NCBI GenBank assembly: GCA_035480955.1
Contig: DATIHF010000006.1
Coordinates: 11,110 to 75,109, forward strand
DNA from: Candidatus Saccharimonadales bacterium
Lineage (GTDB): Bacteria; Patescibacteriota; Microgenomatia; Woykebacterales; RBG-16-39-9b
Direction of reading: 5' to 3'
DNA: 64,000 nucleotides
Position 1 is the first letter of the stretch. Each line of letters opens with the position of its first letter. This document shows positions 1-9,034 of the stretch, piece by piece. Position numbers and translations under genes: made by a program. The notes beneath the pieces were generated by a model. It was given only the letters and a program-made list of their open reading frames with translations. It did no database searches and was not told the origin of the DNA.

Positions 1-434
1 AACCCTGTTTGGCTTTCAAAGCTCCAAGATCCTCTGATAGCCACATCTTGAAACTGATCAATTTCTTCACGTGTGTACCAATCTGAGTCTATCAATCCCA
101 ACAACAAGACAAGGTAGTGTGCTCTTTCTTCACCGCCCCAAATCTCATAGATGTCTCGACCAACTTGGCTTGACCCTGAGGTTAAGAAACCTTCAGCTGT
201 GTATCTTGCTTCCAAACTTTCAACCTCAAAGAAGCCTGGGACCATAACTTTCAAATTATCACTATAGTTAAAGTGGTCTGCTGTGACTCCCTCTCGAGCT
301 ATTTGAAATGGATCCCAAAATCTATTTGCCTTTCTCTTCTTATAGTTGTATCTCTCCGCCAAAACCCGTTTCTCACTCTCAACTGCAGCAAGTTTGCCTT
401 CGAGAGTGATTGGGTTTGCAAGTTGAGTAACCAT
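1..434 (-). CDS. Ferritin-like di-iron protein, acyl-ACP desaturase-like (partial, runs off the window edge; absent from the ORF track)
   Basis: Hand translation from ATG 434 (SD GGAGGGAG, upstream TATAAT): MVTQLANPITLEGKLAAVESEKRVLAERYNYKKRKANRFWDPF...GFFEVES...DIYEIWGGEERAHYLVL. The W-x2-EE-x2-H motif and upstream E match ferritin-like di-iron carboxylate ligands. Confidence 0.6.
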   Translation of the reverse strand, partial: MVTQLANPITLEGKLAAVESEKRVLAERYNYKKRKANRFWDPFQIAREGVTADHFNYSDNLKVMVPGFFEVESLEARYTAEGFLTSGSSQVGRDIYEIWGGEERAHYLVLLLGLIDSDWYTREEIDQFQDVAIRGSWSFESQTG

Positions 435-508
435 GGACTCTCCCTCCACGAGACTAACCGCAGTTAGACGCTTGATTGCTTGAAGACATTATAACAAAAA
501 TAAAGGGA

Positions 509-1327
509 TTAAACTTTGGACTTTCGCCAGCCAGCAGAAACCGCTTCAGACTCACTGCAAAACCATTTCTCACCTTTTGATTCGTCAATCGTGGTTTGCT
601 CGTAATAGCGCCCACCAGGAACATGGTAAATTTTCTCCCCAGAACTGCTGATATTGCCTTTGATCGTACATTGTCCAGAAGTCGGAGCGAGAGTTACTTG
701 GTAATTGGTGCTGGTCGCTCCCTGGACAGAGCAGGTGCTCCAGAGTCCAAGATTGTTGTCCCGTGCGTAGTTTTCTGCCTCTTGAAACTGTTTTTGAAAC
801 TTAACATCGGGTGGAAAAGTAGCGACTCGGGCAAACCCTTGCCTCACCAAGGTGTCGTTGATGAAATTATCACCAAGATAGACATAGCGCAGCAGTCGGC
901 CGTATCTATCCGTTTCAGAAACGTCTTTGACAAGTTTGACCTTTTTGCCTTCAACCAGCTCTTTATTTTTTGCGGAGGCTTCTTTGCCGTAACACTGTAC
1001 CGTCTTGCGCGGGTCGACTGTCTCGGGAGTGTCCATGCCAATATAGCGCACTTTTTGCCCACCTGAAATCTCGATCGTGTCCCCATCGACTACTTTGGTA
1101 ACCAAAACCCCGTCCGTTGTTTTCTCAGAGGTTTGAGAAGTCGAATTGGAGTTAGGCGAAGTTGGGTTAGAAGTTTGGGAAGTTGATTTAGTAGAATTTT
1201 CTTGTTTGGCAGAGTTAGCGGAATTTTCCGTAGTAAAATTTTGCCCGGCGAAAAAAGCGATGAGAATGAGGAAGAGAATCAAGAGTGGGAAGAAAAGTTT
1301 TTGTCTCATTGAGCCAATAATAGACAA
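509..1327 (-). CDS. Membrane-anchored thermonuclease (SNase) with C-terminal Ada-like/metal-binding domain
   Basis: VVDGDT, VRYIGMDTPE and DRYGRLLRYV SNase motifs; C-terminal CTIKGNIS...YHVPG...WFCSE..A..AGWR; N-terminal TM. Confidence 0.92.
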   Translation of the reverse strand: MSIIGSMRQKLFFPLLILFLILIAFFAGQNFTTENSANSAKQENSTKSTSQTSNPTSPNSNSTSQTSEKTTDGVLVTKVVDGDTIEISGGQKVRYIGMDTPETVDPRKTVQCYGKEASAKNKELVEGKKVKLVKDVSETDRYGRLLRYVYLGDNFINDTLVRQGFARVATFPPDVKFQKQFQEAENYARDNNLGLWSTCSVQGATSTNYQVTLAPTSGQCTIKGNISSSGEKIYHVPGGRYYEQTTIDESKGEKWFCSESEAVSAGWRKSKV

Positions 1328-1366
1328 GTTTGCAGACTTTTTGAAGTTAGAGTTTAATTAGATTAA

Positions 1367-1864
1367 ATGAGGTTTGAAAATCCCAAGCTAAAAGTTGTAA
1401 TCATCGCAGCACTTTTGTTGATTGCCTTTTTGGCAATGTATCTAGCTCTGAGTGCGGGAGAAACTCATGCGCCAACCCAAACTGCGACTGCTTCTGCTTT
1501 AGCTAAAAATCAGCTCCAAGTTGGTAGCAAAACCATCAGTGTTGAGATGGCCCAAACCTCAAGTGAACTGCGGCAAGGTTTGTCTGACCGAGAGTCTTTG
1601 GAACAGAGTAGCGGAATGTACTTTATTTTAGGAAAAAGAGACTTCACGACTTTCTGGATGAAAGATATGCACTTTCCTCTCGACATCATATGGATTGATG
1701 GAGATAAAATAGTGGGAATTGTGAAAAACGCTCCTGTCCCAACTACAGGTAATATCCCAACCTTTCCTTCACCAGAGAAAGTAACGAACGTACTCGAGGT
1801 CAACGCTGGATTTACTCAAACCAACAATATAACTGTGGGTGATTTGGTAAAAATGGAAAACTAA
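1367..1864 (+). CDS. DUF192 family protein
   Basis: VEMAQT..LRQGLS.RESL...GMYF, FWMKDMHFPLDIIWI, VLEVNAG. Confidence 0.9.
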   Translation: MRFENPKLKVVIIAALLLIAFLAMYLALSAGETHAPTQTATASALAKNQLQVGSKTISVEMAQTSSELRQGLSDRESLEQSSGMYFILGKRDFTTFWMKDMHFPLDIIWIDGDKIVGIVKNAPVPTTGNIPTFPSPEKVTNVLEVNAGFTQTNNITVGDLVKMEN

Positions 1865-1989
1865 AGATGAGAAAGGATGAGGTAGAGGATTGCAACCGCA
1901 GTTGAGGCGCCAAAGATGAGACCCAAGACTGCACCAGCCCCACTGACAAAAATTTCAAAGAAATCTAGGTTAAGCTTTGACGGATTCAT
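1861..1989 (-). CDS. 42-aa single-TM microprotein
   Basis: Hand translation MNPSKLNLDFFEIFVSGAGAVLGLIFGASTAVAILYLILSHL*. The ATG overlaps the end of the upstream LPNTA gene and the ORF fills the gap exactly. Confidence 0.55.
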   Translation of the reverse strand: MNPSKLNLDFFEIFVSGAGAVLGLIFGASTAVAILYLILSHL

Positions 1990-2566
1990 ACTTTTTAGTT
2001 CCCAGGTGAAGGGCGATTCCTGAAGTAATCAATAGAGCACTTACCCAAACGAAAGCATAGTTGTCTTGCTCACCATTAGCGGTGTTTGGCAAAGTTGAGA
2101 TTGTTAAGACAGTTGGAGTCACAGGAGTGGCCGGAGTGGCAACTGCTGGGGTAGTCGGAGTTCCGACACCAGGAGTTTCCGGATTTGTAGTTTCATTTTT
2201 AGGTTTGTGACCACACCAACCTTCGTTGTCGTCTTCAAAGTCGTCATCGTTTCCACAACCATTGTTGCCGTCTTGATCAGCTTTATCGACTCCACCACCC
2301 ATACCAGGTTTATCTAAACCAGTGTTAAGACGGTCAGGACCCTTGCCATTGTTATCAGGGTCAGAGTTTGATTTACCTTGAGTGAGAGAACCACCCTGCT
2401 CAACAGAACGATCCTTTCCTGAGGGGTGAGCGTTATCACCAGAGTCTGGTGTGTCGTAAACAATTTCAGATTTATTTGAATGAGAGTTACTGGCAAATGC
2501 GGGAGTAGCCGCAATAGAGAAAGCGGCAATTAATGTAAGACTTATAGTTGTGAGTTTCTTAATCAT
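1970..2566 (-). CDS. Secreted low-complexity protein with LPxTA sortase-like C-terminal signal
   Basis: Signal peptide (..TPAFA|S), Asp/Asn/Gly-rich DGNNGCGNDDDFEDDN segment, Thr/Pro linker, then LPNTA + TM + KK tail. Confidence 0.75.
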   Translation of the reverse strand: MIKKLTTISLTLIAAFSIAATPAFASNSHSNKSEIVYDTPDSGDNAHPSGKDRSVEQGGSLTQGKSNSDPDNNGKGPDRLNTGLDKPGMGGGVDKADQDGNNGCGNDDDFEDDNEGWCGHKPKNETTNPETPGVGTPTTPAVATPATPVTPTVLTISTLPNTANGEQDNYAFVWVSALLITSGIALHLGTKKYESVKA

Positions 2567-2784
2567 TGAGGAAGATTATATCACAGCTCATAGTAGTTTG
2601 TCAACTATTATAGGTTGTGTCTCGCTCAGGAGTCGGCTAGTATCTTATAGAAAGTGGGGGGGCTATGGAGAGCAAAGGCGGCCGTGAAGAAGTAAAACGG
2701 GCGCCTTATTAATTTGGTTGCTTTGCTTTACTTCTATCCTGTAGTGTGTTAGGGTCGGTGCGTACCTTAACAAGAAGGAGTTAA

Positions 2785-3408
2785 ATGATGGATCCCTGGG
2801 AAGAAACCTGGGTTAACCATTACGCTGAACTTGGTGTTCCAATGTTCAGTGACGTAAAAGTTTGCAAAAAAGCTTATCGTAAGCAGGCGATGAAATATCA
2901 TACTGACGCGGGTTCTGAGCCAAACAACGCTCGGATGGTAAAACTGAATGCAGCCTTTGAGGTTTTGATCAAAAACCAGGCCAACAAGACACGCTACGAC
3001 CAATATTCCCGTGAAAATAAAATGAGAACAACCTCTGGAACAGGGGCTTCAGCTGGCAGTCCTGGTCCAAGCGGTACCAGAAGAACTCCACCAAGTTCGC
3101 CTAAACCCCCACCGGCATCACCTAAGGTATACAACCCGGTTATTCGAGTTGAGCACCTAGGGTCAAGATTGAAGACTACAACCGAAGGTGAGGCGATAGT
3201 TGAGAAGTTTGTCGTCCACCACGTCAGTGGAGAATTGCCTCCAAATCCACAGCTAGATATTGAGATTGAGGGAATTTTTGAAGAAGCTTTCAGTATCGAT
3301 CAATACCCCAAAAACCGCTTTCCGACGACTGTCGTCGTCAATATCACTCCCCAGTCGACTGGAAGCTATGTCGGCGCGATAAGCTTCCAGATCCTTGACC
3401 CAGCCTAA
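2785..3408 (+). CDS. J-domain (DnaJ-like) protein with Pro-rich linker and C-terminal Ig-like domain
   Basis: NHYAELGV...KKAYRKQAMKYHTD...LNAAFEVL...RYDQY J-domain (HPD changed to HTD); beta-rich C-terminus ending VNITPQSTGSYVGAISF; SD AAGGAG. Confidence 0.85.
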   Translation: MMDPWEETWVNHYAELGVPMFSDVKVCKKAYRKQAMKYHTDAGSEPNNARMVKLNAAFEVLIKNQANKTRYDQYSRENKMRTTSGTGASAGSPGPSGTRRTPPSSPKPPPASPKVYNPVIRVEHLGSRLKTTTEGEAIVEKFVVHHVSGELPPNPQLDIEIEGIFEEAFSIDQYPKNRFPTTVVVNITPQSTGSYVGAISFQILDPA

Positions 3409-3418
3409 GGAGGCGAGC

Positions 3419-4129
3419 ATGTCTGAGCAAATCGGTTTGGTCGTACGCAAATCCAGCGAGCCAAACAAAAAGTTGAATCCACAAGGGCAGGCTTACAAGC
3501 AAAAGACAAACCCTGTTTTGGATCTTGTTTTTGTGATCGATACGACAGGAAGTATGAGTGACAAGATTGACAGTTTGTTACGCAAATGCCAAACATTCGT
3601 TGATAAGCTAGCTAGCAGAAAGATCGACTGGCGGATTGCAATAGTTGCTTTCGGGGATCTAACAATCCCAGGAGACAAGATCGTCGCCGCTAGCTTTAGC
3701 AATAAGACAGAGACTGTCAAAGACACTCTAGCAAAAATTCCACGCTTTAACGGCGGTGGCAATGAGGGCGAGTCTTCCTTAGAGGCTCTTCAGAAAGCAA
3801 TGAGTGTATACCAATTCCGACCAAATGCTATCAAAGCTTTTATCTTGTTGACCGACGAGCCAGCTCTGAAGCACCAAAACAGCCCCGAGAGAGTCACAAG
3901 CAGTCTCAGGGAAAGAGGAATTTTGACTTTTGTGATCGCTCCACCACTTCAATACTATAAAGATATGGCCCAAACAACTGGTGGCAAATGGTTCCAGATC
4001 TCAGCGACAACTGACTTTGACTCTATAATCGATATGCTCATTGGGAGTTTGACCGAGGTTGTCGAAGAAGTACAAGAAATCGCCCAAGGAGATGTAGAGA
4101 AATACCTTCGACTTAAAGGAGGTCACTAA
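3419..4129 (+). CDS. von Willebrand factor A domain protein
   Basis: MIDAS motif DLVFVIDTTGSMS, GGGNEGESSLEAL, LLTDEP. ATG 3419 follows AAGGAGG, which overlaps the DnaJ stop. Confidence 0.9.
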   Translation: MSEQIGLVVRKSSEPNKKLNPQGQAYKQKTNPVLDLVFVIDTTGSMSDKIDSLLRKCQTFVDKLASRKIDWRIAIVAFGDLTIPGDKIVAASFSNKTETVKDTLAKIPRFNGGGNEGESSLEALQKAMSVYQFRPNAIKAFILLTDEPALKHQNSPERVTSSLRERGILTFVIAPPLQYYKDMAQTTGGKWFQISATTDFDSIIDMLIGSLTEVVEEVQEIAQGDVEKYLRLKGGH

Positions 4130-4156
4130 CCCTGGATTTTTCCGGGGTTATTTTTT
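4127..4156 (+). terminator. Intrinsic terminator
   Basis: TAACCCTGGA-TTTT-TCCGGGGTTA followed by a T-tract. Confidence 0.75.
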
Positions 4157-4218
4157 GCTTAAATAAACTCAGTGTGCTATATAGTCACTAGGCACATTCA
4201 CAACCCGATGGAGGGAGA

Positions 4219-4884
4219 ATGCCAAGCAATCGAGTCCGGGTCGATTATGCTCTAAAGGTCATTCCGAAAACTAGACCTCGCCCAACACCAGCTGGACCTA
4301 AAACACCAGTCTACACTTCTACTCCAGCACCAGCTCCAGTATCAATAAGTCCACCAAAGAAATCTGATTGGGATGATTACCCCCTGGGTAAAGTTGGGGC
4401 GTTAGTCTGGGCGATATTCATGCTATTGGTTTTTACAACCGTGATAAGCTACTTCGTCTATAAAGGAACCACAGACGATAGTCCTGATCAAACCTCAGGC
4501 AACAAGTCTTCTGCAGCTGCCTTCCCGACGACAAAAGTACCTGGATATGGCACAGTAACCATGTATCCAAGTAAAAAAATCACCACTGATAACCCTCGTA
4601 TTAACGAGAATACTGTAGCGGATACTTCAGTGCAATTTTGTTTCGTTAATTGGAATAGTAGCAAACCCAACGTTTGTACCTCTTCCTCTCAGATCGTCAA
4701 TGGACAGTATCAGGTATACACCTTACCTGAAGGCCAGTACTGGATATCAGGGGTTAGAAGTAACGGTGAAAAACAGTATGTAGACGGAACAGAGTGGATA
4801 AATGTTTCTGCTGGCTCAAGGTTTACTTTCCATTGCTGGCGTTACACAGAATATGGTAGTGAATGGTTTATCTGCGATGAGTAG
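4219..4884 (+). CDS. Single-TM protein with Cys-containing beta-rich external domain (paralog of 4984)
   Basis: SD GGAGGGAG; N-terminus MPSNRVRVDYALKVIP, Pro-rich linker, TM, C-terminal domain with 4 Cys. Confidence 0.75.
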   Translation: MPSNRVRVDYALKVIPKTRPRPTPAGPKTPVYTSTPAPAPVSISPPKKSDWDDYPLGKVGALVWAIFMLLVFTTVISYFVYKGTTDDSPDQTSGNKSSAAAFPTTKVPGYGTVTMYPSKKITTDNPRINENTVADTSVQFCFVNWNSSKPNVCTSSSQIVNGQYQVYTLPEGQYWISGVRSNGEKQYVDGTEWINVSAGSRFTFHCWRYTEYGSEWFICDE

Positions 4885-4900
4885 TATAAGACAATTTTTT

Positions 4901-4930
4901 AGACCCCGAAACTAGAGTTCGGGGTTTTTT
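4901..4930 (+). terminator. Intrinsic terminator
   Basis: ACCCCGAA-loop-TTCGGGGT followed by a T-tract. Confidence 0.75.
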
Positions 4931-4983
4931 CTTGCTTAATAGAGTAAAATGTACTTAAGCACATTCACAAAAAGAAGGAGAGT

Positions 4984-5580
4984 ATGCCAAGTAATCCAAT
5001 ACGGATAACTTATCGGTTGCGAGTTAAACCAGGCCGTTCAAAGCCAAGCAGAACACCTATTTTCGTTATCCTATTACTTTTCTCGTTGGCTCTTTTAGTC
5101 AGTTTTTTGGTTCTCAAGGGTCAGAGTTATCAAAGCTCTTCTGCGACAAGTTACACGGTGCCGGTTCATAGTTTCATAACGCCAAGCTTTGCAACCCCAA
5201 CTCCTACGTTTAACCAGCCGAGCGTAAACAAAAGTACTTCTTCAAACGAAGTTAAAGGGTCTTTGAAACTTTATTCCACTACTATCTTTTGTCGTAAAGA
5301 AGGTGATTGTAACCCCCCTGGACAAAATCGTTATGACACTTTTTGTTTAGGACCTGTGGGGCAAAGTCCAGGTCTGTTTAACTGTACTCGATACGAAAAC
5401 GGGTACCACATTATCCCGTCTATAATAGCAAGCGGCTTGTACGATATTACAGCGGAGGGGCTCAAAATTTATTTGAAAGTGGGACAGGTAAATATTGTTC
5501 CAGGTCTCACTTCGCTGGTTGACTGTACCATTTACGAATGGAGCGAACGACCAAGCACGGGTACTTGTACTGCTAGATAG
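4984..5580 (+). CDS. Single-TM protein with Cys-containing beta-rich external domain (paralog of 4219)
   Basis: SD AAGGAG; N-terminus MPSNPIRITYRLRVKP; aligned FC..CT..G.Y.I..C..Y..C pattern shared with 4219. Confidence 0.75.
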   Translation: MPSNPIRITYRLRVKPGRSKPSRTPIFVILLLFSLALLVSFLVLKGQSYQSSSATSYTVPVHSFITPSFATPTPTFNQPSVNKSTSSNEVKGSLKLYSTTIFCRKEGDCNPPGQNRYDTFCLGPVGQSPGLFNCTRYENGYHIIPSIIASGLYDITAEGLKIYLKVGQVNIVPGLTSLVDCTIYEWSERPSTGTCTAR

Positions 5581-5755
5581 TCGTACGGATAGAAGAGAGA
5601 TCAGGGCGTTCAACAAGTTATTGACCGCCCTTTTTCTTTGCTTGAATTTCGGTAAACTCAAAGCTTTCACCGCTCCAAAATTTCCTCTAAGAACCTATAG
5701 TTGAGCTTCTTTGTTTTATTTGCTATAATTTTTTCCCGACGAAAGGAGTCGATCC

Positions 5756-6025
5756 ATGAACCCTGAATTGACCATGCTGCAGTGGGATATCATCGCGATT
5801 GTACGAGAAGGCAACTGGCCTTCGGCAAAGAAGATTCGCGAGCAGCTGGAGAAACGTCATTCTCCCGAAGGTTTGAGCGAGCTCGACGAAATCCTCGACA
5901 TCATGGTTGGGGCAGGATGGATGCAACAAACTCACACTCCGAGAGGTTCGAAAGTCGCCGACCTGAACGAGCGTTATTTTACTGTAACCAAAATGGCGCT
6001 AATACTGTCTCTGGAAGCAGTGTAG
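5756..6025 (+). CDS. Small winged-helix (PadR-like) protein
   Basis: LT.LQ..II, I...LE, M..AGWM, RYFTVT pattern; SD AAGGAG; upstream TATAAT. Confidence 0.6.
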   Translation: MNPELTMLQWDIIAIVREGNWPSAKKIREQLEKRHSPEGLSELDEILDIMVGAGWMQQTHTPRGSKVADLNERYFTVTKMALILSLEAV

Positions 6026-6038
6026 AAGGGAGTCTCTC

Positions 6039-6299
6039 GTGACGCAACTTGAGCAGCTGACGACGGTCCAGGTTTTCACCTTGGAGCACCTGCGGTTTTC
6101 TTCCGCGAACTGTGCAGAGATTCAGAAAGGGGTAGAGCAGCGTCTCCAAAAGCAGATCAAAAGTGCAGGAGTCTTCATGGCTCAACTGCACGAACTCAAA
6201 CATGCGGGACTGGTCACCTCGGACAAACTCGACGGCATCGCTGTCTACAACATAACCAGTTCAGGTCGAAGTCTGCTTCGAACAGCAACACCTGCTTGA
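6039..6299 (+). CDS. Small winged-helix (PadR-like) protein
   Basis: LHELKHAGLVTS...YNITSSGRSLL is a typical PadR/wHTH wing and C-terminal helix; terminator at 6306-6338. Confidence 0.65.
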   Translation: MTQLEQLTTVQVFTLEHLRFSSANCAEIQKGVEQRLQKQIKSAGVFMAQLHELKHAGLVTSDKLDGIAVYNITSSGRSLLRTATPA

Positions 6300-6380
6300 A
6301 ATGCTCCGGGAAGTCCCACCAGATTTCCCGGTTTTTTTATTCCTTGATAAACTCTTCACTAGACTCTAAAATAATTCTTC

Positions 6381-7040
6381 ATGATCAAAGTCACCAATCT
6401 CACCAAAACTTACAAAACCGGTGAAACTTCTTTCAATGCCCTTGACGATGTTTCATTGGAGATCCAAAAAGGTGAGTTTGTCGCAATTTTGGGTGCTTCG
6501 GGCAGTGGCAAATCCACTCTGATGCACCTCATTGGTGGCCTGGATAAGCCAACTAGCGGAACTATCGAAGTCGATGAGCAAAATCTCGGCAAACTCAATG
6601 ACGGCAAGCTGGCCCGCTACCGCAATGAAAAAGTCGGCTTTGTCTTTCAATTTTTCAATCTCTTGCAGGGAACCAGCTCGTTAAACAATGTCACCCTACC
6701 TTTGATTTACTCTCGAAAAAAGGTTAGCCGCAAACAAGCGGCCACCGCGATACTCACTGAAGTAGGACTCGCCGAAAAGCTCAAAAACCGTCCCAACCAA
6801 CTTTCCGGCGGCGAGCAGCAGAGAGTCTCGATCGCGAGAGCTCTGGTAAATAATCCCGAGATAATTTTGGCCGACGAACCCACGGGCAACCTTGACTCGA
6901 AAACTGGCTTAGCGATTTTTGAACTTTTGCGAGAACTCAACAAAAAAGGCAAAACGGTCGTGGTGGTGACTCATGACAATAATTTAGCCGAGAAAGCTGA
7001 CCGGGTCATCCGAGTTTCTGACGGGAGAATTGTTGAATGA
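6381..7040 (+). CDS. ABC transporter ATP-binding protein (LolD/MacB type)
   Basis: [29 protein letters not shown]. Confidence 0.95.
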   Translation: MIKVTNLTKTYKTGETSFNALDDVSLEIQKGEFVAILGASGSGKSTLMHLIGGLDKPTSGTIEVDEQNLGKLNDGKLARYRNEKVGFVFQFFNLLQGTSSLNNVTLPLIYSRKKVSRKQAATAILTEVGLAEKLKNRPNQLSGGEQQRVSIARALVNNPEIILADEPTGNLDSKTGLAIFELLRELNKKGKTVVVVTHDNNLAEKADRVIRVSDGRIVE

Positions 7041-8254
7041 TAATAATTGATTCTTTCAGAATGGCTTTTGCCTCACTCTGGTCGAAAAAATCACGTAGTT
7101 TTCTCTCCATGCTTGGAATAATCATCGGGATCCTGACGGTTGCGAGTCTTTTATCCATTGGCTTCGGAGTCAAAAGTGAGGTAACCAAACAAATTGGAGA
7201 CTTGGGCACTAACTTGATTGTGGTTATTTCTGGCAAACAAACCCAGGACGGCAGCCCCAATCTTTCGGCTTCTTTGGGACAGAGTACTCTCACTGAAAAA
7301 GATTATCTCTCAATTCGCGACAATGTTGTGCAAGTGCAAAATCTATCAATGATGAATCTAATCTCAGGAACTGTTAAAAGAGATACAACTACCATGGACT
7401 CCTCGGTCTTAGTCGGCGGCTCACCTGGACTAGAGAAAGCTTTTACATTCAAACTAAAAGAGGGACGTTTCTTAAATCAGGCTGACGAGGATCAAAAACT
7501 CAAAAATGTCGTTATCGGCTCGAATGTAGTCGAAAAACTTTTCCCAGGAGAAGACCCCTTAGGCAAAACCCTCGAAACTCGCTCAACTCCTTTTACAATC
7601 GTCGGTATCTTGGAAAAGCGCGACACCGCTAGCAATCTCGGTGGGCCAGATTTCAATGCTCTGGTACAAATGCCAGTACACACCAGCTGGGAGCTCACCG
7701 GTAGCGAACAGCTTTTTCGTATCACCATGCAATCCAAAGATTCCGAATCCATTGATGCGGATAAAAAAGCGGTCAAAGAGGCCGTATTAAAAAGTCACAA
7801 AGGGGAGGAGGATTTCTCAGTTTTGACACAAGATGATCTTCTCAAAACAGTCGGCGGGATTTTAAATATCATCACCGCCATGCTTGGCGCGATCTCATTG
7901 ATTTCTTTGTTGGTCGGGGGGATTGGGATCATGAATATAATGTTAGTCTCGGTCTCAGAACGAACTCGGGAGATAGGGATTCGCAAAGCGGTTGGTGCCA
8001 CGCGAGACGCAATATTGCTGCAATTTTTGATTGAGAGTATTATTTTGACTCTCTTTGCTGGTTTGGTCGCGGTAGTGATCTTTGGAACAATCGTGAGTCT
8101 AATCCCCAAAGATTCACCAATTCCAATTCATCTCAATATCAATATTTTGCTCCTCGCCCTGGGTTTCTCGGGAGTGGTTGGAATAATCTTTGGAATCATC
8201 CCCGCAATTGGCGCTTCACGCAAAAATCCGATCGAAGCTCTGCGCTACGAGTAA
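7037..8254 (+). CDS. ABC transporter permease (MacB/FtsX type)
   Basis: GGIGIMNIMLVSVSERTREIGIRKAVGA, NPIEALRYE. Confidence 0.95.
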   Translation: MIIIDSFRMAFASLWSKKSRSFLSMLGIIIGILTVASLLSIGFGVKSEVTKQIGDLGTNLIVVISGKQTQDGSPNLSASLGQSTLTEKDYLSIRDNVVQVQNLSMMNLISGTVKRDTTTMDSSVLVGGSPGLEKAFTFKLKEGRFLNQADEDQKLKNVVIGSNVVEKLFPGEDPLGKTLETRSTPFTIVGILEKRDTASNLGGPDFNALVQMPVHTSWELTGSEQLFRITMQSKDSESIDADKKAVKEAVLKSHKGEEDFSVLTQDDLLKTVGGILNIITAMLGAISLISLLVGGIGIMNIMLVSVSERTREIGIRKAVGATRDAILLQFLIESIILTLFAGLVAVVIFGTIVSLIPKDSPIPIHLNINILLLALGFSGVVGIIFGIIPAIGASRKNPIEALRYE

Positions 8255-8317
8255 AATTCACCTTATAATAATCTAGCTTGTCTTGACAAAATCTCAGCAA
8301 TTTCTCATGCTTATTAT

Positions 8318-9028
8318 ATGAGCAAATTTTCTCCCACCGCTGCAATTTCGTTTGGCTGGAATAGCTTTACAAAAAATGTCGGGTTTTTGATTTTAGTTAC
8401 CCTTATCCCTTTGGGTTTTAGTTTAGTTTCTTTCACTCTCATTGCCTTAATAGATTATTTAGTAGGCAAGTCTTTAGCAGGTTTCGTAAATATTTTGCTC
8501 GTCCCAGCTTTTTATTATTTTTCTTTTGTTATTGCGCTTGGGACGATTAAGGCTATTTTGAATTTGCTGGATAAAGGTCAGGGTGATCTTTCTGATTTAC
8601 TCATCTACACAAAGAATTTCATGATGCTTCTCAACTATCTTTTTGCCTCTATTTTAGCGGGGCTGATCATCTTAGGTGGGTTTATCTTATTTATTATCCC
8701 AGGCATTTATTTTTCGATTAGGCTCAGCCAATTTACTTACTTTTTGATTGATAAAAATCTTGGACCAGTGGACGCAATCAAAGCAAGCTGGGAGGCAACC
8801 AAAGCTAGTATGTTGAATTTAATGGTCTTTGGATTTTTGTCCTTTTTGGTTATTTTGGCCGGTGCCATCCTCTTTGGAATTGGTTTGCTTGTTGCAGCGC
8901 CAATCGTCACCGTCGCTACCGTCTATGTCTACAGACAGCTAGCTGGAGCTAGCCAAATACAAACTCAAGATGCGCCTTCTCCAGTTCAACCTGTAGTACC
9001 AGTTGCAACACCACCGGCAGCGGGATAA
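8318..9028 (+). CDS. Integral membrane protein (DUF975/DUF2189-like)
   Basis: Multiple TMs; LFIIPGIY...AIKASWEATK motif. Confidence 0.7.
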   Translation: MSKFSPTAAISFGWNSFTKNVGFLILVTLIPLGFSLVSFTLIALIDYLVGKSLAGFVNILLVPAFYYFSFVIALGTIKAILNLLDKGQGDLSDLLIYTKNFMMLLNYLFASILAGLIILGGFILFIIPGIYFSIRLSQFTYFLIDKNLGPVDAIKASWEATKASMLNLMVFGFLSFLVILAGAILFGIGLLVAAPIVTVATVYVYRQLAGASQIQTQDAPSPVQPVVPVATPPAAG

Positions 9029-9034
9029 GCTAAT

